DNA of 7,907 bases from Octopus sinensis (GCF_006345805.1 NW_021828704.1:1-7907), one strand, 5' to 3'. Counted from the stretch's first letter, positions 1 to 6,906 are shown. Program-made: numbers and translations. The notes: generated by a model not told the origin, from the letters alone.

Positions 1-50
1 AATACGTAAGCATTTTGTCCCGCGTGCTAACGATTCTGCCACCTCGCTGC
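1..50 (-). mobile_element. SINE family B, tRNA-like 5' head fragment (runs off the window start)
   Basis: TAAGCATTTTGTCCCGCGTGCTAACGATTCTGCCACCTCGCTGC matches the ends of the copies at 211-255 and 3103-3147. The minus strand carries an A-box-like TGGCAGAATCG. Confidence 0.85.
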
Positions 51-255
51 AATAATAATAGTAATTAATAATACTACTAATAATATTTGGTGGGATGAGG
101 GCAATCGATTAGATAGACCCCCGTGCGTAATAGGTACTATCGACCGTAGGATGAAGCAGTCGACCTCGGCGGAATTTGAACTCAGAACGTAGAGACAGAT
201 GAACTACTGCTAAGCATTTCGTCCAGCGTGCTAACGATTCTCCCAGCTCGCCGCC
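51..255 (-). mobile_element. SINE family B, near full-length degenerate copy with (ATT)n tail
   Basis: On the minus strand: A-box-like TGGGAGAATCG (235-245), B-box GAGTTCAAATTCC (171-183), the shared body GTCGACCTCGGCGGAATTTGAACTCAGAACGT, and an (AAT)n-rich tail at 51-88. It is homologous to 2935-3147, 5713-5900 and 7724-7889. Confidence 0.9.
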
Positions 256-282
256 AATAATAATGATCATGTCGTCTTCGTG

Positions 283-343
283 TTTAGCCCCGGGTCGGGT
301 TTTGTCCTGTGTGACTATAAAAGAGTTCCATTCATCATCATCC
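283..343. repeat. short degenerate interspersed repeat, copy 1 (possibly a retroposon 3' tail on the minus strand)
   Basis: TTTAGCCCCGGGTC matches TTTAGCTCCGGGTC at 691-704. The distal AAAGAGTTCCATTCATCATCATCC resembles AAAGACGTTCTAGCCATGACCACTC at 932-956. Confidence 0.5.
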
Positions 344-586
344 GGCCTGCAACTTTTGTCATATTTTTAAAATTTTACTTTACTTCATTTATAAATGTAT
401 TGGTTTTTGTGGATGGTATACCAAGGACTACACCATCCGATGTGCACTCTATTTTTCCATTCTATTTTATTATTATTTCTGTTTGTTTTAAGGGGTTTTT
501 TGCAGTCGAATGTACGCTACGTGGGGGATGTAAACTACTCTTTCTAGCAGGCCTTACAATGAGCAAGAGATTCCTTTATTAACTCT

Positions 587-597
587 ACCACCACCAA

Positions 598-633
<36 letters not shown>
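587..633. repeat. (ACC)n/(ACT)n trinucleotide microsatellite
   Basis: Direct reading: ACCACCACCAACACCACTACTACT...TAC. Confidence 0.95.
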
Positions 634-690
634 CATCGTTGTTTTGTTATTGTCGTCGTTGTTATTGGTGGTGGGATGCGGGACTTTATA

Positions 691-760
691 TTTAGCTCCG
701 GGTCAGTTCTAATCGAACGGAGCTATATCCACAAGCATTCTATCCGTGAACATCCCATCT
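691..760. repeat. short degenerate interspersed repeat, copy 2
   Basis: TTTAGCTCCGGGTCAG...CATTCTATCCGTGAACATCCC, preceded by a (GTT/GTC)-rich tract at 638-672. It is similar to 283-343 and 891-956. Confidence 0.55.
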
Positions 761-890
761 ATTTAAGCTGTTTATTTATCACTACCCTATTTAATTACAG
801 CCTTTGAGATAGATATTTGCGGGAAGATTTAAGGGTGTTTTTGCTACTATTTCTTTGTAGAATAGTAACTTACGTCTACAGGATCCTTCT

Positions 891-956
891 TTTGACTCCG
901 TTTGCTGAAACGAGCAGGCCGTCATGTCATCAAAGACGTTCTAGCCATGACCACTC
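891..956. repeat. short degenerate interspersed repeat, copy 3
   Basis: TTTGACTCCG resembles TTTAGCTCCG (691), and CGTTCTAGCCATGACCA resembles CATTCTATCCGTGAACA (736-752). Confidence 0.45.
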
Positions 957-1156
957 AATCGATTTTTGCCAAATAAAGCTTGCCCGGGGAGTTCATTGCA
1001 AAAGAAGAAGTAAAACAAAAAAGACAACGCATCCTTTCAATTGATGCTGAGAAATAATTCGAGGTAGCTTTGGCTGTGGTTTCTAACAAAGATGTGTGAC
1101 CACGGAGAGGTTCCTATCGCCGGGTTTACTGATGATGATGCTCCTGCTGCTCACGA

Positions 1157-1186
1157 TGGTGGTGGTGGTGGTGGTGGTGGTGGTGG
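1157..1186. repeat. (GGT)n microsatellite with a G-rich extension to ~1205
   Basis: About ten GGT units, followed by GGGAGTGGAGGGGGAGGCGG. Confidence 0.95.
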
Positions 1187-1342
1187 GAGTGGAGGGGGAG
1201 GCGGTAGTTGCAGCTGCTGTTTTACTGTTGCAACAGTAAGTGTACTTTGTGCAGTCGTTGCAGTTGCTGATGTTATATAAGTCTAACAATAACCATCGGT
1301 CGTCGATATAATGTTCGATATTTACACTCAGTGATCTAACGA

Positions 1343-1463
1343 TGTGTGTGTGTGTGTATGTGAGAATGTGCGTGCGTGCGTTTGTGTGTATGCGTGTGTG
1401 TGTGTGTGTATGCGTGCGTGCCTGCGTGTGACCATGTGTATATGTGTATGTAAAGATATTATT

Positions 1464-1531
<68 letters not shown>

Positions 1532-1750
1532 TTATATATATATATTATATTATGTATAATATAATGTATGCATATATATATATATTATAAACTTACATAT
1601 ACTTGCCACATACGCACATAACGTATTAGAATTGTATGTGTATGGAATTGAATATATATATTATATATATACATACATACACACACATATTCACAAAGGC
1701 AATGTGTAACTTGCGCATAGACATATCCATATATACACACATACACATAC

Positions 1751-1801
<51 letters not shown>

Positions 1802-1829
1802 TGTGTATGAATGTTATACATATATAACT

Positions 1830-1895
<66 letters not shown>

Positions 1896-1916
1896 GATAT
1901 ATGCATATAACTATAG

Positions 1917-1972
<56 letters not shown>

Positions 1973-2027
1973 TGTGTATGTACGGTATATATATATATAT
2001 ATATATATAATAGATAGATAGATAGAT

Positions 2028-2065
<38 letters not shown>

Positions 2066-2072
2066 GATAGAC

Positions 2073-2108
<36 letters not shown>

Positions 2109-2145
2109 GATAGATAGATATAGATATATGCATATACCGATGCAG

Positions 2146-2187
<42 letters not shown>

Positions 2188-2230
2188 TGTGTGGTGTGTG
2201 TGTGTGTGTTTGCATACGCGCGCACACATA
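1343..2230. repeat. compound microsatellite block: (TG)n, (TA)n, (CA)n, two (GATA)n arrays, (TG)n
   Basis: Direct reading: (TG)n/(TGCG)n 1343-1450, (TA)n 1460-1585, 1760-1800 and 1920-2008, (GATA)n ~1829-1894 and ~2010-2120, (TG)n 2146-2208. Confidence 0.97.
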
Positions 2231-2512
2231 CGCGAAATAGACACATGAGAACATAAGATATAAACATACGTAAAATTATTATTGTTGTTCCGTCGTTTCT
2301 TTGATGTGAAACGACATAGAGTCAAACTAGAAGCTTTTATGGTAATTTAGTTCGGAACCTCAATTCAGAATTTAAATCCCCACAGATGATTCATCTCCGT
2401 ATTTCATCCCACTGCTTTCCAACAACAACAAAAATAAGCGTCAATACAATATTGTTTTCGTTCCATTTACATTACATGTCTTTGAGGATCATCACCAACA
2501 TATAGAAATACT

Positions 2513-2916
2513 CTCTTTTACTCTTTTACTCTTTTATTTGTTTCAGTCATTTGACTGCGGCCATGCTGGAGCACCGCCTTTAGTCGAGCAAATCGACTCC
2601 GGGACTTATTCTTTGTAAGCCCAGTACTTATTCTATCGGTCTCTTTTTTGCCGAACCGCTAAGTGACGTGGACGTAAACACACCAGCATCGGTTGTCAAG
2701 CAATGCTAGGCGGACAAACACAGACACACAAACACACACATATATATACATATATATATATACGACAGGCTTCTTTCAGTTTCCGTCTACCAAATCCACT
2801 CACAAGGCTTTGGTCGGCCCGAGGCTATAGTAGAAGTCACTTGCCCAAGGTGCCACGCAGTGGGACTGAACCCGGAGCCATGCGGTTGGTAAACAAGCTA
2901 CTTACCACACAGCCAC
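2513..2916 (-). mobile_element. SINE family A copy 1 (tRNA head + CORE-like segment + internal microsatellite + 8-mer repeat tail), missing ~10 nt at the 5' end
   Basis: Near-identical to 4227-4643 and 6153-6556. The minus strand has A-box TGGCTGTGTGG, B-box GGTTCAGTCCC, then CCTTGGGCAAGT, and a (GTAAAAGA)n tail. It is flanked by the 6-bp direct repeat AATACT (2507-2512 and 2917-2922), a candidate TSD. Confidence 0.95.
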
Positions 2917-2922
2917 AATACT

Positions 2923-3149
2923 AAAAAAACAACATTGGTTTCAAATTTTGGCACAGGGCCAGTACGTTCGGGGAAGGTGGGTTAATCGATTACTTTGACC
3001 CCAGTGATCAACTGGTACTTGTTTTATCGACCTCGAAAGGATGAAAGGCGAAGTCGACGTCGGCGAAATTTGAGCTCAACGTAAACACGAGCGAAATATC
3101 GCTAAGCATTTTGGCTGGAGTGCGAACGATTCTGTGAGCTCGCTGCCTT
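2923..3149 (-). mobile_element. SINE family B, full-length copy with the 'TGGTTTCAAATTTTGGCAC' tail type
   Basis: The body ACTGGTACTTGTTTTATCGACCTCGAAAGGATGAAAGGCGAAGTCGAC and head GCTAAGCATTTT...ACGATTCTGTGAGCTCGCTGCC match the other B copies. Confidence 0.92.
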
Positions 3150-3307
3150 AATAAAAATAATAATAATCCTTACTACTAAAGGCACAAGGCCTGACATTTT
3201 GGGGGAGGGGTCTAGTCGAGTACATTAACCCCAGTGTTTCAATGGTATTTAATTCTTCGACCCCGAATGGATGAAAAGCAAAGTCGACCTCGACGGAGTT
3301 TGAACTT
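3150..3307 (-). mobile_element. SINE family B, 5'-truncated at the B box, with (ATT)n tail
   Basis: Tail 3150-3167, then TCCTTACTACTAAAGGCACAAGGCCTG...GGATGAAAAGCAAAGTCGACCTCGACGGAGTTTGAACT. The A-box half is absent. Confidence 0.9.
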
Positions 3308-3334
3308 AATAATAATAATATAATAATAATAATA

Positions 3335-3368
<34 letters not shown>

Positions 3369-3540
3369 CCTTTCTATTATAGGCACGAGGCTGGAAATTT
3401 TGAGGGAGGGTGCCAGTCTATTAGATCCACTCCACTGGGGTACTTAAGTACGATTTAAGTACCCCAGTACTTAAGTCGTGCTTAATTTATCGACCTCGAA
3501 AGGATGAAAGGCAAAGTCGACCTCGGTGGAATTTGAATTC
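3308..3540 (-). mobile_element. SINE family B, 5'-truncated at the B box, with a long (ATT)n tail and an internal palindromic rearrangement
   Basis: (AAT)n 3308-3368, then TCCTTTCTATTATAGGCACGAGGC...GAAAGGATGAAAGGCAAAGTCGACCTCGGTGGAATTTGAATTC. Confidence 0.9.
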
Positions 3541-3550
3541 AATAATAATA

Positions 3551-3593
<43 letters not shown>

Positions 3594-4150
3594 CATTTAT
3601 TTGCCACAAGGGTGAAGGTTGAGGGGGACAATACAACGATAGACATAAAGTGTGGAGGGTTTACATATAATGAAATGATAAAAAAACAGGAAAGAAGAGA
3701 AATAATCCCTTAATTTCAAATTGAAACTTGAAATTCTTCGAAAAATTATGAGGAAATTATTATCTCCCTTGTAATAACAGCGTCTACGTTGTCTATTACA
3801 AAACTGAAAGAACCTTATTTGGTTACGACGTAAGCGGTCATGGACAGCTCCATATTAGGAATATCATTGCGATGTAATCCAAGAACGTGATCGCAGAATA
3901 CCAAGAACAGTGCAAGTTCCGCTCGGACGGATATGTCACAAGGTTTACAAATAGCAGATGAACCAGTGCAGATGAACCAGAGTAGTATACAAGAGGTCGG
4001 AAAAGTCCACTCGGAAGAGCATCATAACGATGGGAAGACAATTTTGTTAAACGATTCGCTAGGAGATGGAAAGGAATGGTGCAATCAACAAAGAAAAGAA
4101 GCGCATTGTGACCAGCGGTGTATTAAAAAAATCGATAATTTGGTCGATAC
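3541..4150 (-). mobile_element. probable 3' end (3' UTR) of a non-LTR retrotransposon; clade and 5' boundary uncertain
   Basis: On the minus strand, AATAAA (3596-3601) sits a few nt before an (ATC)n(ATT)n tail (3541-3591), an architecture typical of LINE 3' ends. No RT or endonuclease motif was recognisable in any frame, so the extent beyond ~3700 is a guess. Confidence 0.5.
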
Positions 4151-4152
4151 AT

Positions 4153-4226
4153 ATATCTGGCCTAGTGGTTAGGGTGTTGGACTCACGATCATGAGATCGT
4201 AGTTTCAGTTCCTAGACTGGGTGGGC
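4153..4226 (+). mobile_element. SINE family C, tRNA-like head (5' part, interrupted by SINE A copy 2)
   Basis: A-box TGGCCTAGTGG (4158-4168), tRNA-like TTAGGGTGTTGGACTCACGATC, and B-box-like GTTTCAGTTCC (4202-4212). It stops abruptly at the tail of SINE A. Confidence 0.8.
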
Positions 4227-4643
4227 TCTCTTACTCTTTACTCTTTTACTTGTTTCAGTCATTTGACTGCGGTCATGCTGGAGCACCGCCTTTAGTCGAG
4301 CAAATCGACCCTAGGACTTATTCTTTGTAAGCCCAGTACTTATTCTATCGGTCTCTTTTGCCGAACCGCTAAGTGACGGGACGTAAACACACCAGCATCG
4401 GTTGTCAAGCAATGCTAGGGGGACAAACACAAACACACAAACATATACACACACATACATATATATATATACATATATACGACAGGCTTCTTTCAGTTTC
4501 CGTCTACCAAATCCACTCACAAGGCATTGGTCGGCCCGGGGCTATAGCAGAAGACACTTGCCCAAGATGCCACGCAGTGGAACTGAACCCGGAACCATGT
4601 GGTTGGTAAGCAAGCTACTTACCACACAGCCACTCCTGCGCCT
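4227..4643 (-). mobile_element. SINE family A copy 2, full length
   Basis: The 5' end on the minus strand is GGCGCAGGAGTGGCTGTGTGG (A box 4622-4632), with B box GGTTCAGTTCC (4579-4589) and a (GTAAAAGA)n tail. It shows about 6 differences from copy 3 over the first ~180 nt compared by eye. Confidence 0.96.
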
Positions 4644-4864
4644 GTTGTGTTTTTAAGCGAAACACTACATCTCACGTTGTCCTGCGACCACTCCGACATC
4701 TGACGCGTGGTACACCGTCCAGCTGTACAGATAATGTCGATTCGATGAAGATAGTGAGCTAATGTGCGGCACGAACATTTGACCACTATAAACAAATCCA
4801 TTGTGCAGGTCGTTCGGCGAACGCTGGACACCCATCCGTCGTCTTCGACGGGCAGAGTCTGTCA
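4644..4864 (+). mobile_element. SINE family C, body and 3' part (continuation after the SINE A insertion)
   Basis: It begins GTTGTGTTTTTAAGCGAAACACT, resembling the GTGTCCTTGAGCAAGACACT motif that follows the tRNA head in V/Meta-type SINEs (from memory). A 3' stem-loop CCGTCG-TCTT-CGACGG (4836-4851) is followed by a (TG)n tract. Confidence 0.65.
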
Positions 4865-4933
4865 TGTGTGTGTTTGCGTGTGTGTGTTTGCGTATGTGCG
4901 TGCGTGAGCATATATATATATATAGTGTGTATG
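4865..4933. repeat. (TG)n/(TGCG)n/(TA)n microsatellite
   Basis: Direct reading. Confidence 0.9.
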
Positions 4934-4954
4934 TTTAAAAGGAGCATGTTATTA

Positions 4955-5515
4955 TTGGGTTGTCCGGAGAGTTCGAGCCGATTTATAGGAGCTTAGCTTT
5001 CGACTTATTTTAGAACATGGTTGAGTCGATAAAATAGGATTTGACTACACCTCCATTTAGAGCACAGTTTAAGCTATTTTTTCGTGGAATAAGGTTTATG
5101 TTCCTATAACCTGTGTTAATTCTGTAACCCTTTAAAATGGAAAATAAGAAAGTTCATTTTCGGCATCTGATGCTTTGGGAACCAGACAAAAACTGCTGCA
5201 TCTCGGCTGTGATGTGTTACCCCACACTCCATATTCACCAGAAATTGCTCCTTCGGATTACCACTTATTCAGGTCTCTGCAGAATAGTCTTACTGGTAAA
5301 CATTTCAATTCCTTGGATGACGTAAAAAGATACCTTGATGAATTCTTTGCCATGAAACCACCTCAATTCTGGAAAGAGGTTATTTTCAAGTTAAAGAAAA
5401 GATGGAGACGCAGTGTGCAACAAAATGTTTCATATTTGGTTGATTAAAAATGTAATGACAAGTATTTATTGACCTTTTTCTTTCCTTTAAAAATCGGCAC
5501 GAACTTTCCGGACAA
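4955..5515 (+). mobile_element. internally deleted non-autonomous mariner (Tc1/mariner, mellifera-like subfamily)
   Basis: Left TIR TTGGGTTGTCCGGAGAGTTCGAGCCGATTT (4955-4984, after TA 4953-4954) and right TIR AAATCGGCACGAACTTTCCGGACAA (5491-5515, then TA) match at 23 of 25 nt. The element also contains transposase N- and C-terminal remnants. Confidence 0.93.
5137..5447 (+). pseudogene. mariner transposase remnant: 15 N-terminal codons fused out of frame to the C-terminal ~90 codons
   Basis: MENKKVHFRHLMLWE (5137-5181) is a mariner-type N-terminus. The second frame gives TRQKLLHLGCDVLPHTPYSPEIAPSDYHLFRSLQNSL..., containing the YSPDLAPSD-type motif with the third catalytic Asp. The HTH domain and the first two catalytic Asp are missing. 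Confidence 0.92.
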
Positions 5516-5709
5516 TATTACATACACGTATACTTCTTTAAATGGAGCTAAACGTAAAGGGATCAAACGTTATTCGTACGGTTAGTTTAATGACCCGAAC
5601 GACAGAGTTAAACGTTTACATACATCGTTATACAGTGTCATATGAAACTTCAAAAGTAACTTTTCAAATTTAGATAAAATGTTGTATTCCTTTTTGATAT
5701 TATCACATA

Positions 5710-5911
5710 AAATGGTTTCAAATTTTGACACAAGGCCAGCAATTCCGGGGCAAGTGACATCGAATCCAGTATTCAACTGGTACTTATTTTATCGACTACA
5801 AAAACAGAAAATCGGCTTCACTGAAATTTGAACTCAGAACGTAAAGACAGACGAAATGCCGCCAAGCATTTTGCCCGGCGTGCTAGCGATTCAACCAGCA
5901 AGGCGATTTAG
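5710..5911 (-). mobile_element. SINE family B, degenerate full-length copy with a 12-bp target-site duplication
   Basis: Body and head are homologous to 2935-3147. It is flanked by TATTATCACATA at 5698-5709 and 5912-5923. Confidence 0.9.
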
Positions 5912-6152
5912 TATTATCACATATAATAATTCCAATTAGGCAGGTATGCGTGTGTTCCGACTAGTTTTAACAAACAAGACTATCTATAATTTGTTTGGAA
6001 CAATAATCGCCATTTCTAATAACGAAAATAAGACTTTTACACTAAAACTAAAACCGTTAGCTTCGGAGGTGACGAATACGTTTATGATCAGATGACAACG
6101 CAACGTAGCGACACGCGTTACAAAAGTCTCGAAGGCACTTTTTTTTCTTTTC

Positions 6153-6360
6153 TTTTTACTCTTTTACTTGTTTCAGTCATTTGACTGCGGCCATGCTGGA
6201 GCACCGCCTTTAGTCGAGCAAATCGACCCCGGGACTTATTCTTTGTAAGCCCAGCACTTATTCTATCGGTCTCTTTTTGCCGAACCGCTAAGTGACGGGG
6301 ACGTAAACACACCAGCATCGGTTGTCAAGCAATGCTAGGGGGACAAACACAGACACACAA

Positions 6361-6399
<39 letters not shown>

Positions 6400-6556
6400 C
6401 GACAGGCTTCTTTCAGTTTCCGTCTACCAAATCCACTCACAAGGCATTGGTCGGCCCGAGGCTATAGTAGAAGACAATTGCCCAAGATGCCACGCAGTGG
6501 GACTGAACCATGTGGTTGGTTAGCAAGCCAGTTACCACACAGCCACTCCTGCGCCT
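6153..6556 (-). mobile_element. SINE family A copy 3, with a 7-nt deletion between the A and B boxes
   Basis: Near-identical to copies 1 and 2. It reads GACTGAACCATGTGG where copy 2 reads AACTGAACCCGGAACCATGTGG. A T-rich extension of the tail reaches ~6139. Confidence 0.96.
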
Positions 6557-6816
6557 AAATACATTGTAATGAAATTATTTTGTTGAACACCCTTGACAAC
6601 TATGTATCGCGTCTTGACAAATCGGGTGTGACGACAAAAGAGGTAGACCCATATTTCAGTGGAAATAGAGAAGAATATTTCTTAAATAGCACTGTTATGG
6701 AAACTCATATTCAACGCTTTATGGTCATGTGTCAATGATAACATAATCGATGCATTTCGTTTGCTGTAAGCCTCTAACTGTAAAATATCTGCATCATTCT
6801 ATTAATATGTATAGGT

Positions 6817-6906
6817 ACATACACACACACAAACACACACATACACACACACATACACACACACATACACCACACACACACAACACACACACACGCACAC
6901 ACACAC

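Noticed and set aside
411-438. Hairpin GGATGGT...ACCATCC
   Set aside because: It has only a 7-bp perfect stem, no CTRR end or other element context, and is expected by chance in 8 kb.
280-582. 100-aa plus-strand ORF
   Set aside because: It has a non-ATG start and an F/I-rich composition reflecting T-rich DNA, begins within a repeat, and shows no recognisable motif.
874-960. Minus-strand exon ending at a strong GAC|GTAAGT donor (868-873), e.g. MTACSFQQTESKEGSCR
   Set aside because: All three frames have stops within ~90 nt, and the region overlaps the short repeat at 891-956. A non-coding exon cannot be excluded without RNA-seq.
1083-1289. Poly-Gly, poly-Thr, poly-Pro and poly-His ORFs on both strands
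   Set aside because: All arise from the (GGT)n tract. They are short, and neither candidate splice acceptor has a polypyrimidine tract.
1585-2325. Long minus-strand ORFs (246, 146 and 118 aa) and plus ORF 1344-1559
   Set aside because: They are translations of (TA)n, (CA)n and (TATC)n microsatellites (YI, HT and YLSI repeats), which lack stop codons by construction.
3838-4172. ORFs 3933-4172 (+) and 3838-4041 (-), and a Cys-x2-Cys stretch (CKPCDISV...) in another minus frame
   Set aside because: No domain motif was recognised. The Cys stretch lacks the His of the LINE CCHC knuckle, and neighbouring stops break the frame.
4153-4226. Possible tRNA gene (also the heads of the A and B copies)
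   Set aside because: A and B boxes are present, but there is no complete acceptor stem or cloverleaf, and each continues into a SINE body.
4311-4656. Recurrent ORFs MLGGQTQTHK..., MSSNARGTNT... (also 2703-2924 and 6118-6558)
   Set aside because: They recur only because they lie within SINE A copies, and their frames vary with the internal microsatellite length.
2513-6556. Regularly spaced direct repeats suggesting a CRISPR-like or segmental-duplication array
   Set aside because: The repeats are ~400-nt SINEs with unrelated flanks and a TSD. There are no short repeat-spacer units and no cas genes, and the context is eukaryotic.
6559-6738. 59 open codons without an upstream ATG (IHCNEIILLNTLDNYVSRLDKSG...)
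   Set aside because: There is no splice acceptor, since it abuts SINE A directly, and no recognisable motif. The length is within chance. A TBLASTN or RNA-seq hit would revive it.
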